A stretch of DNA of 64,000 nt from Novosphingobium sp. GTDB lineage: Bacteria > Pseudomonadota > Alphaproteobacteria > Sphingomonadales > Sphingomonadaceae. The translations under genes were made by a program, and so were the position numbers. The first letter of the stretch is position 1. Each line of letters opens with the position of its first letter. Shown here piece by piece: positions 49,644 through 59,266 of the stretch. The DNA is taken from positions 8,643 through 72,642 of the forward strand of contig JBGAIR010000002.1 in assembly GCA_044225335.1 (NCBI GenBank), written 5' to 3'. The notes under the pieces are model-generated. The model saw only the letters and a program-made list of their open reading frames with translations, was not told the DNA's origin and ran no database searches.

Positions 49644-49773
49644 GGCGAAGCGCCGCCGTCCGGGTTCGGGCGGTTGGCGTCACCTCCCGAATTCCGCGAA
49701 TAGCCTGACGCTGCCCCTTCCGGCGCGCGCGGCTCTGTGCCAAAGCGCGGAGCAAGACAGGTGAGAGTAATAC

Positions 49774-51774
49774 ATGTCCGAAGTACTCAAGATCAGCCTT
49801 CCCGATGGTTCCATGCGCGAAATGCCGCTGGGATCGACCCCGGCCGATGTCGCTGCGGCGATTGGGCCGGGCCTTGCCAAGGCGGCGCTGGCCGCGCGCA
49901 TTGATGGCGAACTGGTCGATCTCACCCGGCCCTTTCCCGGCGATTGCAGTCTGGCGCTGGTCACTGCCCGCGATGAGGCCGATGCGCTGGAACTGGCCCG
50001 GCACGATTACGCCCATGTGCTTGCCGAAGCGGTGCAGGCGCTGTGGCCCGGCACCCAGATTACCTTTGGCCCGGCGACGGAAGACGGCTTTTATTACGAC
50101 GTGATGGCCCCGGCCAGCCGCGAACCCTTTGGCATGGATGATCTGCCCGCGATCGAGGACAAGATGCGCGAAATCATCCGCGCCGACAAGCCGCTGCGCC
50201 GCGAGGTGTGGAGCCGCCAGCAGCTGATCGACAAATGGCAAGCCGATGGCGAGACGTTCAAGGCCGAATGGGCCACCGAACTGCCGGAGGGTGAGGAGCT
50301 GACGGTCTATTGGTCAGGCAATGACTGGCTGGACATGTGCCGCGGGCCGCATTTGCCCAGCACGGGCAAGCTCGACGCGCAAGCCTTCAAGCTGATGCGC
50401 GTGGCCGGGGCCTATTGGCGCGGCGATCAGAAGAATGCCCAGCTTACCCGCATCTATGGCACCGGCTGGCTGAACAAGAAGCAGCTTGATGCCCATCTGA
50501 CCCGGCTGGAGGAAGCCGCGAAGCGCGATCATCGCAAGATCGGCGCGGAGATGGACCTGTTCCACCTGCAATCCGAAGCGCATGGCAGCGTGTTCTGGCA
50601 CCCCAAGGGCTACCGGATCTATCGCGAGCTGGAAGCCTATATGCGCCGCGCCATTGACGGGGCGGATTACCGCGAGGTGAAGACCCCGCAGGTGATGGAT
50701 GCCCGGCAGTGGGAGCAGAGCGGCCATTGGGGCAAATATCGCGAGAACATGTTCGTCATCCCCGACGAGGTGCCCAACACCGATGACGATGGCCCGGTGA
50801 TCTCCGGCGAGGCCGACTGGATGGCGCTCAAGCCGATGAACTGCCCGGCGCATGTGCTGATCTTCCGCCAGGGTATCAAAAGCTATCGCGATCTGCCGCT
50901 GCGCATGGCGGAAATGGGCTGCTGCCACCGCAACGAGCCGCATGGCGCGCTACATGGCATCATGCGGGTGCGCCAGTTCACCCAGGACGATGGCCACATC
51001 TTCTGCCGCGAGGATCAGATCGTGGAAGAGGTCAGCAGCTTCTGCGCCCTGCTTGACCGGGTTTACAAGGACCTTGGCTTCGATCGTTACGCGGTGAAGC
51101 TGGCGCTGCGTCCGGAAAAGCGGTTCGGCACCGAGGAAATGTGGGACAAGGCCGAAGCCGAACTGCGCGAGGCAGTGATCCGCGCCGGCATGGCCACCGA
51201 GGAATATGGCTGGGAAGAACTGCCCGGCGAAGGCGCTTTCTATGCCCCCAAGCTGGAATTCCACCTGACCGACGCGATCGGCCGGACTTGGCAATGCGGC
51301 ACCATCCAGTCTGACCGGGTGCTGCCCGAACGGCTCGACGCCAGCTATGTCGGCGAGGATGGCGAACGCCACCGCCCGGTGATGCTGCACCGTGCGATCC
51401 TTGGCACCTATGAACGCTTCATCGGCATTCTGATCGAGCATTTTGCCGGGCGCTTCCCGACCTGGCTGGCCCCGGTGCAGGCGGTGGTGGCCACCATCGT
51501 ATCAGACGCCGATACCTATGCGCAGGATGTCGCCGCACAGCTGGCAGCGGCCGGCATCCGCGTCGAAACCGATCTGCGCAATGAAAAGATCAACTACAAG
51601 GTGCGCGAGCATTCGCTGCAAAAGGTTCCGCAGCTGCTGGTCGTCGGCAAGCGCGAGGCAGAGGAAGGCAGTGTTGCGCTGCGCACGCTGGGCGCCGAAC
51701 ATCAGAAGGTGATGCCGCTGGCCGAAGCCATCGCTCTGCTGAAGGCAGAGGCCACCCCGCCGGATCTGCGCTGA
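49774..51774 (+). CDS. thrS: Threonine--tRNA ligase
   Basis: 666 aa with a TGS domain N-terminus ([19 protein letters not shown]), class II motifs ([26 protein letters not shown]) and an anticodon-binding C-terminus. Confidence 0.97.
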   Translation: MSEVLKISLPDGSMREMPLGSTPADVAAAIGPGLAKAALAARIDGELVDLTRPFPGDCSLALVTARDEADALELARHDYAHVLAEAVQALWPGTQITFGPATEDGFYYDVMAPASREPFGMDDLPAIEDKMREIIRADKPLRREVWSRQQLIDKWQADGETFKAEWATELPEGEELTVYWSGNDWLDMCRGPHLPSTGKLDAQAFKLMRVAGAYWRGDQKNAQLTRIYGTGWLNKKQLDAHLTRLEEAAKRDHRKIGAEMDLFHLQSEAHGSVFWHPKGYRIYRELEAYMRRAIDGADYREVKTPQVMDARQWEQSGHWGKYRENMFVIPDEVPNTDDDGPVISGEADWMALKPMNCPAHVLIFRQGIKSYRDLPLRMAEMGCCHRNEPHGALHGIMRVRQFTQDDGHIFCREDQIVEEVSSFCALLDRVYKDLGFDRYAVKLALRPEKRFGTEEMWDKAEAELREAVIRAGMATEEYGWEELPGEGAFYAPKLEFHLTDAIGRTWQCGTIQSDRVLPERLDASYVGEDGERHRPVMLHRAILGTYERFIGILIEHFAGRFPTWLAPVQAVVATIVSDADTYAQDVAAQLAAAGIRVETDLRNEKINYKVREHSLQKVPQLLVVGKREAEEGSVALRTLGAEHQKVMPLAEAIALLKAEATPPDLR

Positions 51775-51775
51775 C

Positions 51776-52519
51776 TTGTTGATCGGCCTTACCCCCGCGC
51801 AGATCGCTGTCGCGCTGGCCGCCACGCTGGCGGCGGCATTCGTGCGCGGGCTGGCGGGGTTTGGCATGGCGATCCTGCTGGTGCCGGTGCTGGGGCTGGC
51901 CGTCCCGCCGCGCGAAGCGGTGGTGGTGGCGAACTGGCTGGGGTTGCTGATCGGGCTGGTCGGGCTGAAGCGCATCATCGGTGAAAGCGAACGGTCCGCG
52001 CTGATCATATCCGCGCTGGCCGTGGCAGCGACGCCGCTTGGCGTATGGCTGCTGGCAATCACCGATCCTGCCTTGGCCCGTATGCTGATTGCCCTGATCG
52101 CGCTCGGCGCGTTTCTGCTGGTACTGTTGCCCAAGCGGCCCGCCCACCATGTGCCGGGCGCGGGTGAAACCGGTGTTACCGGAATCTTGTCTGGTGTGCT
52201 GACGGGCTTTGCCGGTATGCCCGGACCACCGGTGGTGCCCTATTACCTGCGCCGCGCCATTGCGCCGCAGCTGGCGCGGGCATCGATGATGACGATTTTC
52301 CTCGCCACCTCGCTGGCCGGGGTCGGTTCCGCGATTGCGCTGCGCGTGGCCAACTGGCGCGAAGTGATCATGGCGGCGGCGCTGTTCCCCATGGTGCTGC
52401 TGGGCAACTGGCTGGGCACACTGGCGTTCGGCCGGGTCAGCGATACGGCATGGCGGATATTTACCGGCGTGGTGCTGGGCGTGTCAGCGCTGGCCGCCCT
52501 TTGGCGCTTGCTGGGTTAG
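51776..52519 (+). CDS. TauE/SafE-family membrane transporter (second paralog in the window)
   Basis: Polytopic, with FVRGLAGFGMAILLVP and GFAGMPGPPVVPYYL motifs. The start is TTG, 1 nt after the thrS stop. Confidence 0.8.
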   Translation: MLIGLTPAQIAVALAATLAAAFVRGLAGFGMAILLVPVLGLAVPPREAVVVANWLGLLIGLVGLKRIIGESERSALIISALAVAATPLGVWLLAITDPALARMLIALIALGAFLLVLLPKRPAHHVPGAGETGVTGILSGVLTGFAGMPGPPVVPYYLRRAIAPQLARASMMTIFLATSLAGVGSAIALRVANWREVIMAAALFPMVLLGNWLGTLAFGRVSDTAWRIFTGVVLGVSALAALWRLLG

Positions 52520-52718
52520 GGGCGCTTACTGGATAAGCAGCGGCAGCGCGCGGTCAGCCAGGATCAGCGCCGCAGCGCAGCCGCATACGATCAGACTGCG
52601 CAAGGCACCGACCAGCTGGGCCGAAGCGGCAAAGCGCGGAACGGAAAGGGCAATGGTTCTGGCCATGCCGCAATTCTGCGCGCTATTTCTTACCGATCAG
52701 TAAACTGCGGCACCTGTA

Positions 52719-54308
52719 TCAATTCACCTGCCGCTCACGCCCTTCCCAATAAGGTTCGCGCAGCGCCCGGCGCAGGATCTTGCCGGTGGGGTTGCGGGGC
52801 AGCGCATCGATCACATCGACGCTCTTCGGCACCTTGAAGCCCGCCACCCGTTCCCGCGCCCAGGCGATCACGCTGTCGGCATCGATGCTGCGCCCCGGCT
52901 TGGCCACGCAGACCGCCTTCACCGCTTCACCCCAGCTGGTATCCGGCACGCCGATCACCGCCACTTCCAGCACATCCGGGTGGCCATAGATCGCGCTTTC
53001 CACTTCGGCGGGATAGACGTTCTCCCCCCCGGAAATGATCATGTCCTTGGCGCGGTCAAACATATAGACATAGCCGTCTTCGTCGAGATAGCCGACATCG
53101 CCGGTGGCGATCCAGCCCTCCGCATCCATGGTTGAAGCGGTCGCTTCGGGCAGCTTCCAGTAGCCCAGCATGTTGTTGGACGAACGCGTGCAGATTTCGC
53201 CGATTTCGCCCACCGGCAACGGCGTGCCGTCGCTGCCGCGAATGATCAGTTCCACGCCGGGCAAAGGCTTGCCGGCCGATCGCATCCGCTTGTTGCCTTC
53301 CGGGGTATGGTCTTCGGGCGGCAACACGCAGATCGTGCCGGTGGTTTCGGTCATGCCATAGGCCTGGGTGAACTCGGCACCGAACATGGCGATACATTCG
53401 CGCAGCAGCTCCAGCGGGATCGGGCTCGCGCCGTAGGAGATGTATTTGATCCGGCTGAAATCGGTTGTGGCGCAATCGGGATGGTTGAGCAGCAGCTGAA
53501 GCGCTGCGGGCACCATGAAGAAGCGGGTGATGCCGCGATTTTCCACCGCATCGAACACCCGCGCCGGATCGAATTCTGGCAGGATGATGCCCGGCAGGCC
53601 TGATGCCAGCGCTGCGATCCCCAGCCCGGTGCCACCGATATGCGCGCAGGGCATGCAGACCAGCACGGCCTCATCCTCATCCCACAGATTGTGCGGCTGC
53701 GGATCGACCAGACCAGCCTTGCGCAACCCGAACAGGTTGCGGTTGGAAAGCACCGCCCCTTTGGGCTTGCCGGTGGTTCCCGAAGTGTAGAGTTGCAGCA
53801 CTGCGTCATCTGGCCCGGATGGCGCAAATTCGCTGCGCGGGGTTTCGGCAATCAGGCCGCGCACTTGCTCCGCCGTCAGGCTGTGCCGCAGCGTAACCGC
53901 GTTGCCCAATTGCTCCGCGCAGGATTCAAAGCCATCACCCAGCGCCAGCAGCTTTGCTTCGCAATCGGCGATGATCCAGGCGGCTTCCGGCATGGCCAGA
54001 CGCCAGCCCACCGGGACCATGACAATCCCCGCGCGGGCCGCGCCATAGAACAGGGTGAAATAGGCGGCGCTGTTCTTGCCAAACCAGGCAATGCGATCGC
54101 CCTTGCGCAGTCCCATGGCCTGCAACGCGGCCACGATCCGCGCAGTTGCATCCTCCAGACCGGCAAAATCAAAGGCAAGATCATCGCCTTCCAGCGCCAG
54201 CCGATCCGGACGATCATCCGCCCAGTACCGCAGGAACTGATCGAAGGTAAACAGCTCGCTGGTGCGGCGGGCCTTCTCAAGCAACCGCGCAAAAGTGGCA
54301 TCATCCAT
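52719..54308 (-). CDS. AMP-dependent acyl-CoA synthetase/ligase
   Basis: YTSGTTGKPKGA, QAYGMTET, GDVGYLDEDGYVYMFDR and PTGKILRR. ATG 54308 has GGGAGA upstream. Confidence 0.85.
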   Translation of the reverse strand: MDDATFARLLEKARRTSELFTFDQFLRYWADDRPDRLALEGDDLAFDFAGLEDATARIVAALQAMGLRKGDRIAWFGKNSAAYFTLFYGAARAGIVMVPVGWRLAMPEAAWIIADCEAKLLALGDGFESCAEQLGNAVTLRHSLTAEQVRGLIAETPRSEFAPSGPDDAVLQLYTSGTTGKPKGAVLSNRNLFGLRKAGLVDPQPHNLWDEDEAVLVCMPCAHIGGTGLGIAALASGLPGIILPEFDPARVFDAVENRGITRFFMVPAALQLLLNHPDCATTDFSRIKYISYGASPIPLELLRECIAMFGAEFTQAYGMTETTGTICVLPPEDHTPEGNKRMRSAGKPLPGVELIIRGSDGTPLPVGEIGEICTRSSNNMLGYWKLPEATASTMDAEGWIATGDVGYLDEDGYVYMFDRAKDMIISGGENVYPAEVESAIYGHPDVLEVAVIGVPDTSWGEAVKAVCVAKPGRSIDADSVIAWARERVAGFKVPKSVDVIDALPRNPTGKILRRALREPYWEGRERQVN

Positions 54309-54601
54309 GGCATTCTCCCGGCGCCATGTTAACCGCCCGATTAAGAAGCGCAAGCATTCCGGCGGATTTGGTTTGATCGGGAGAAACAGATTTGAATCCG
54401 AATGTGTTGGTTGCTATAAGGTGCTGGCAAATCTATGTTTTTCATGACCTCTCGTCTGCGCCTTATCCGGTTTGGCACTGGTTCCGGACCTTTCCGGGGA
54501 TTATGCGGTTGGCCTTGTTCATTCGATCTCAATCACGATTCGAAAGGCCCGCTTGCGCTTTTGCTGGTATTCGCGGCGGTTACGGATAACTAACGGAGAC
54601 G

Positions 54602-55111
54602 ATGAGGGCTTTTTCGCGCCTTGCCGCTGTGATTGCGCTGTTCGCTTCGCTGCCAGTAATGGCAGCGGGCGAAGACGCGCGTGAACTGAGCGTGGCGCGC
54701 ATGGTCAAATCGATGATCGAATATACGCGCTGGCCAGACCGGCCCAACCCTGTGGGGCTGTGTGTCGTCGGGCCAACGCAGTATGCCGGGCGGCTGGACG
54801 GGATGCAGCTGGTGGATGGCAGGCTGATCCAGCGGCGAATCGTTGCGCCGTCTGCGCTGGCCAGCGCCAATTGCGATGTCGTCTATCTGGGGGCTTTGCC
54901 GCAGCCGACGTTGCGCGATCTGGTCAGCGCCGTGCGCGGCCGCGGGGTGCTGACCATATCCGAAGCCGATCCCGCATGCCGCGGTCAGGCGATGTTTTGC
55001 CTCACCTTCTCGCCGCGCGGCACGAATTTCAGGCTGAATATCGATTCCGTATCCCGATCAGGGTTGCGCGTGGACCCGCGCGTTCTGCGGTTTGCACAGG
55101 GGGGCGTATGA
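54602..55111 (+). CDS. yfiR: YfiR-family periplasmic repressor (DUF4154)
   Basis: Signal peptide. Motifs YTRWP, NCDVVYLG, VLTISE and F.LN..S..RSGLRVDPRVL match YfiR/DUF4154. It is coupled to the next gene by ATGA. Confidence 0.8.
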   Translation: MRAFSRLAAVIALFASLPVMAAGEDARELSVARMVKSMIEYTRWPDRPNPVGLCVVGPTQYAGRLDGMQLVDGRLIQRRIVAPSALASANCDVVYLGALPQPTLRDLVSAVRGRGVLTISEADPACRGQAMFCLTFSPRGTNFRLNIDSVSRSGLRVDPRVLRFAQGGV

Positions 55112-56397
55112 CCACACCGCCATCCCATGCCCATCAGCAATCGGCCAACTTGCCGACATTGCGCGATATTCTTGCCCGGGTGCACCTGCGCCTGACCCTG
55201 TTTGCCGTGGCGCTGGCCGCGATCAGCCTGATGCTGAGCGGTGTGATCGTCATCCGCAACTATGCCCAGCGCAATCTCAGCCTGATTGCACACACAGTCA
55301 GCTATACGGTGGAGCCGGCAGTCATGTTCGGCGATCAGCAGGCGATCCGTGAAGGCATGGTTTCGGTGGCTGGCGTCGGCGGAGTCAGCAGGGTCGAAGT
55401 TACCGATCCGGCTGGCAGGATACTGGCGGAATGGGATCATCCCCGCACCGGCTTCCATTCCTATTTCGAACGGATCAGCAACCGGCTGATCTGGCCCAAA
55501 CCGTCTATCGACAAGGTCTCACGCGGCGGCTCGGTAATCGCCGAGGTGCATGTCTATGGCAATGCCGAAGGCATCATGCGCTACGCATTGTCCGGCGCGA
55601 TCATCGCACTTTCATGCCTGGGGCTGACAGTGGTGGCAACGCGGATCCTGGCGCGCCGCTTGCAGCAGGATGTCATCGCCCCGCTCGATCATGTGGCGCA
55701 GGTTGCCCATGCAGTGCGCAGCGACCGCGCCTTTGAAAAGCGCGTGCCATCGTCAGGCATCGCGGAAATTGACCGGTTCGGCAGGGATTTCAACGCACTT
55801 CTGGCGGAATTGCAGGGTTGGCACGCTGGCATCACCTCGGAACATGCCGAGCTGGAGCGGCGCGCCACCCATGATGCGCTGACCGGGCTGGGCAACCGTG
55901 CCTTGTTCGAGCATGTGCTCAATGAGGCAATCGGCGAATCCGTCCGCAGCGGGGTTTCCTTCGCCGTACTTTATCTGGACGTTGATCAGTTCAAGCAGAT
56001 CAATGATCGCCACGGCCATGAATCCGGCGATGCTGCGCTGATCGCGGTGGGTGAGCGCCTGCGCGCCAGCATCCGGCAGGTTGACGCCGCATTCCGCGTG
56101 GGCGGCGATGAATTTGCGGTGGTGCTGGCGCCCTTCTACAATCGCAGCCATGTCGATGCCGTGATCGCCAGGATCTACAAAGGGCTGGAGCATCCGTTCC
56201 GTCTGCCCAGCGGGTTGTTTACCACCTCATCCATGAGTATTGGCGTGGCGGTCTATCCGGATGACGGGGTTTCGCCGCAGGATTTGCTGCGACGCGCCGA
56301 TGCCGAGATGTATTTGCAGAAACGTCAGAAACGTCAGGCTTCCGGCATTGATGAGCCGGGAGATGACCATGACAGGCAGGGAGTCACCAATGCGTAG
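55108..56397 (+). CDS. yfiN: YfiN/TpbB-type membrane diguanylate cyclase (2 TM, periplasmic sensor, HAMP, GGDEF)
   Basis: TM1 LTLFAVALAAISLMLSGVIVI, TM2 ALSGAIIALSCLGLTVVAT. GGDEF domain with RQVD (I-site) and GGDEF. I chose start ATG 55108 because the longer ORF overlaps yfiR. Confidence 0.85.
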   Translation: MTTPPSHAHQQSANLPTLRDILARVHLRLTLFAVALAAISLMLSGVIVIRNYAQRNLSLIAHTVSYTVEPAVMFGDQQAIREGMVSVAGVGGVSRVEVTDPAGRILAEWDHPRTGFHSYFERISNRLIWPKPSIDKVSRGGSVIAEVHVYGNAEGIMRYALSGAIIALSCLGLTVVATRILARRLQQDVIAPLDHVAQVAHAVRSDRAFEKRVPSSGIAEIDRFGRDFNALLAELQGWHAGITSEHAELERRATHDALTGLGNRALFEHVLNEAIGESVRSGVSFAVLYLDVDQFKQINDRHGHESGDAALIAVGERLRASIRQVDAAFRVGGDEFAVVLAPFYNRSHVDAVIARIYKGLEHPFRLPSGLFTTSSMSIGVAVYPDDGVSPQDLLRRADAEMYLQKRQKRQASGIDEPGDDHDRQGVTNA

Positions 56398-56881
56398 GTT
56401 CTTGTTGATCGCATGTCTCGCAGCCCTTGCGGCGTGCCAGACCGTGCCGCACAAGCCAGGCTTCAGCGCCGCGCAGGTCGCCGCGCTGCAGCAGGCTGGC
56501 TTCAAGCAGGTGGGCGAAAACTACGAGTTGGGGATCGCCGAGCGCTTTCTGTTTGACGTCAATCAGAGCGATGTTCCGCCGGAAAACACCGGTGTTCTTT
56601 CTCAGCTGGCGAAAGTGCTGCTGGGGGTGGGTGTGCGCGGCGTCACCGTGGAAGGCCATACCGATTCCACCGGCTCAGCCGAATACAACAAGCAGCTGTC
56701 CGAACGCCGGGCGATTTCGGTCAAGACAGTGCTGGTCGGCGCGGGCATGAACGAACCCGCGGTCAAGCCGCTTGGCATGGGTGAAGCCGATCCCGTGGAA
56801 GACAATGCGACGCCGGAAGGCCGCGCCCAGAACCGGCGCGTCGTGATTATCGTCACACCGCTGGATGCTTCGGCCAACTAG
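56390..56881 (+). CDS. yfiB: YfiB-type OmpA-family outer-membrane lipoprotein
   Basis: Lipobox LAALAAC. OmpA-like motifs GHTDSTGSAEYNKQLSERRA and NRRVVIIV. The start overlaps the yfiN stop. Confidence 0.85.
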   Translation: MRRFLLIACLAALAACQTVPHKPGFSAAQVAALQQAGFKQVGENYELGIAERFLFDVNQSDVPPENTGVLSQLAKVLLGVGVRGVTVEGHTDSTGSAEYNKQLSERRAISVKTVLVGAGMNEPAVKPLGMGEADPVEDNATPEGRAQNRRVVIIVTPLDASAN

Positions 56882-57216
56882 AGCAGGATTTACCTGCTGA
56901 TAGGGGGTGCCAGCGTATCAAGCCTGCAACCCTCATCAAATATCGCGCCACGATCAACTAGCGCCCCGGGGCGTGGACGCCAGCCTTGCGCAGCGGGACG
57001 ACATTGGCCTTCCCGGTGCTGTCAGTCCAATGCGAACCGGTCTCCGCTGACCCTGTTTTGGCAGATAGCAGGAAAGGCAATTCGGCGCATTGTGACCGAC
57101 GGTAATCACGGCGTTCTAGTTGCCACGATTTTGGACCGAAATAGGTTGCGGCCGCTGGCAAGGTGCAAGGAGACCGGTTTTGGGGTTCTTGGCGGAGTGC
57201 GCAAGATGGGGACATC

Positions 57217-57963
57217 TTATCGGCGGCTGATTGAGTATGACGAAAATAGTCCATCGCCAAGCCATCGGGCAAGCCAGCCACCGAGCAGACTGGGTTCGAT
57301 ATGCGCGGCTGCCTGGCCGAAAGGGCTCCCCGCTGCCAATTCGCCCAGTGCTTGATGCTCGGCCATGTCGGTCAGGCGAAAATGCGGCATCAGCCCTTGC
57401 CGCCAGACGAGGAGAGACGCGGCTTCGGTCTGCCTTGGCACAAATCCATCAAGCGGATTGTCGGCCGGTGCCGCCGCCAGTGCCAACCATAGCTCGGTGC
57501 AATTCGTCGTGACCTGTCGGCACGCGAAGCCGGCTGCCATGCCAAAGCAGAGCGAATCCCAATCACCATCCGACAAGTCAGCCGAGCGGAGCATGTCCGG
57601 CGAAAGCTCCGGGGCGTCGGGCGCGGCAAATGCGCGTTGCATCTGCCATTCGAGCCAGGCGAGTTCCGCAACCTCGGAATCCCCGGCAAAGAGCTGCGCA
57701 AGCAGTTCCGGGAAATCCGCCCCATAGTCGTCAAGCGTCCAGCTTTTCGGCGGTGTGGTGAGAATGTAATGACAGGCCGCTGCCGTGAATGCTTCCGCGC
57801 CGGTCCAGCGCCTGGTGCGTTCAAAGCTTGTCTCCAATGCGGCCAGCAGACGGCCCCGATAGGCATCGCGATAAATCACCATGCCGGACGAGGAGGGAGC
57901 ATGACCATCGTCATCACCGGCGATTTCGTCGCGAAAGGCCGATTGCAGTGCAAGCAGGCTCAT
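57217..57963 (-). CDS. bufC: DUF2063 protein, BufC-like partner of the MNIO enzyme
   Basis: N-terminal LLALQSAFRDEI..., ..IYRDAYRGRLLAALETSF and a C-terminal domain fit DUF2063. The start overlaps the DUF692 stop (ATGA). Confidence 0.8.
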   Translation of the reverse strand: MSLLALQSAFRDEIAGDDDGHAPSSSGMVIYRDAYRGRLLAALETSFERTRRWTGAEAFTAAACHYILTTPPKSWTLDDYGADFPELLAQLFAGDSEVAELAWLEWQMQRAFAAPDAPELSPDMLRSADLSDGDWDSLCFGMAAGFACRQVTTNCTELWLALAAAPADNPLDGFVPRQTEAASLLVWRQGLMPHFRLTDMAEHQALGELAAGSPFGQAAAHIEPSLLGGWLARWLGDGLFSSYSISRR

Positions 57964-58799
57964 GCCGCAAGACTCCTGCCCTTTGCCAGATCGCGGGCCA
58001 TGGCAAGTTCGCCCAGCAGTTCGCCGAGCGGTGGGATAGCGTCATCACGCTCGATCATCGTTGCGCCAGTGCCAAATCGCTCAACTGCGGCTTCGTACAG
58101 CGCCCAGACCTGGGGACAGACTGCCGCATCGTGGGTATCGATCAACATACCCTCCGGCCCTGAACTGTGCCCGGCCAGATGCATCTGGCGCACCCGATCG
58201 ACCGGGATGCCGCCGAGAAACTCATGGGGATCGAAGCCATGGTTGACGCTGCTGACAAAGACATTGTTGACATCAAGCAGCAGGTAGCAGCCGGTCTCGC
58301 GCGTCAGTGCGGCAAGAAATGCCCACTCGCTCATCGTGCTCTGGCTGAAGCTCACATAGCTTGAAGGATTCTCGACCAGCAGCGGGCGTTCGAGAATGTC
58401 CTGGGCCCGGGCGATGTTGGCAATGCAGGTATCAAGTGCCTCATCCGTGTAGGGCAGCGGCAGCAGGTCATGCGTGGCAAGGCCGCGGACGCGGGTCCAG
58501 CATAAATGATCGGAAACCCACAGCGGGCCAACTCTGCGCGCCAGCGCCTTGAGTTCAGCCATGTAGTCGGGATCAAGCCCTTCCGGCGATCCCAGCGACA
58601 TCGATACGCCATGCATCGCCACGGGATGCCTCTCACGCACCGCATCAAGCGTACGCAGGGGACGCCCGCCGCAGGCCATGAAGTTTTCCGAGATGATCTC
58701 GACGAAATCGACAGGCTGTTCGCCTTCGAGGAAATCGCGATGATGTTCCTTGCGCAGGCCCAGGCCGAAGCCGGTAAATCGCGGAATCGTATCGATCAT
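57960..58799 (-). CDS. bufB: DUF692 / MbnB-like multinuclear non-heme iron oxidase (MNIO), BufB-like
   Basis: GFGLGLRKEH, VDFVEIISENF, HGVSMSLGS, VSDHLCW, LLPLPYTDEA, LVENPSSY, LLLDVNNVFVSSVNHGFDP and MHLAGHS are hallmark DUF692 motifs. Confidence 0.9.
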   Translation of the reverse strand: MIDTIPRFTGFGLGLRKEHHRDFLEGEQPVDFVEIISENFMACGGRPLRTLDAVRERHPVAMHGVSMSLGSPEGLDPDYMAELKALARRVGPLWVSDHLCWTRVRGLATHDLLPLPYTDEALDTCIANIARAQDILERPLLVENPSSYVSFSQSTMSEWAFLAALTRETGCYLLLDVNNVFVSSVNHGFDPHEFLGGIPVDRVRQMHLAGHSSGPEGMLIDTHDAAVCPQVWALYEAAVERFGTGATMIERDDAIPPLGELLGELAMARDLAKGRSLAA

Positions 58800-58825
58800 G
58801 TGAGGCTTCCACTTGTCAGGAAAGT

Positions 58826-58858
58826 GGTCCGACCGGGTGGGGGGAACCCGGCCGGACC
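58826..58858 (-). other. Strong intercistronic hairpin between the precursor and the MNIO gene
   Basis: GGTCCGACCGGG-tggggggaa-CCCGGCCGGACC pairs at 11 of 12 positions. A second small hairpin, GACCC-tttcgg-GGGTC (58863-58878), directly follows the precursor stop. Confidence 0.45.
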
Positions 58859-58878
58859 TTGCGACCCTTTCGGGGGTC

Positions 58879-59163
58879 TCAGCCGATATCGCCGATGGTT
58901 CCGCCGCGCTTGAGGCACATATTCGCGGCCAGCGCCTTGAAGCCTTCGCCCTTGCAGCTGTTCATGCCCTTGCATTCATGCGCGGTGGTCTTGCAGTCGG
59001 CAGTGCCCCTGCAGCTGTTGACGCCATAGCAATGGACCGTGTCGCGCGCGCCAAGCGCCGCGCCGGTGCTGCCCGCAGGCGGGGTGGCGGCGTGGGCCAG
59101 CGCCGACAGGGCGAACATGGCGGCAGCCGAAGCAATGGTGGTGCCGTTCTTGAGGGTGGACAT
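58879..59163 (-). CDS. bufA: Six-Cys bufferin-type RiPP precursor with Sec signal peptide (BufA2-like)
   Basis: MSTLKNGTTIASAAAMFALSALAHA | ...VHCYGVNSCRGTADCKTTAHECKGMNSCKGEGFKALAANMCLKRGG. It has six Cys in CxG/CKG contexts. ATG 59163 has GGAGAG upstream. Confidence 0.8.
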   Translation of the reverse strand: MSTLKNGTTIASAAAMFALSALAHAATPPAGSTGAALGARDTVHCYGVNSCRGTADCKTTAHECKGMNSCKGEGFKALAANMCLKRGGTIGDIG

Positions 59164-59209
59164 GGGATGCTCTCCGAAATGGGGTTTAGCCGAAGGTGGC
59201 ATCGCCGGG

Positions 59210-59236
59210 TTCGCGGGTCAGCTTGTGGAGGTTACA
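59210..59236 (-). promoter_or_regulatory. ECF-type promoter TGTAACC-N16-CGAA driving the 6-Cys precursor/DUF692/DUF2063 operon
   Basis: Minus strand: TGTAACC tccacaagctgacccg CGAA. The motif ends about 46 nt upstream of ATG 59163. Confidence 0.6.
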
Positions 59237-59266
59237 AGGCGCGGGGAAATTTTCCGGGCGGCGTAT

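Noticed and set aside
52526-52666. 46-codon minus-strand ORF (MARTIALSVPRFAASAQLVGALRSLIVCGCAAALILADRALPLLIQ) between TauE and the acyl-CoA synthetase gene
   Set aside because: It is hydrophobic and could be a small membrane peptide. However, it has no clear RBS, I can assess no conservation, and ORFs of this size arise by chance in GC-rich DNA.
54473-54490. TGGCAC hexamer upstream of yfiR as a possible sigma-54 -24 element
   Set aside because: The required -12 TTGC(A/T) element at the correct spacing is absent. The sequence reads TGGCAC-TGGTT-CCGGA.
56958-57281. 107-aa ORF (and the overlapping plus-strand ORF 57092..57355) in the gap between yfiB and the DUF2063 gene
   Set aside because: It has no RBS, an odd composition, partial overlap with the DUF2063 gene end, and no family recognised. 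I treat the 335-bp gap as non-coding.
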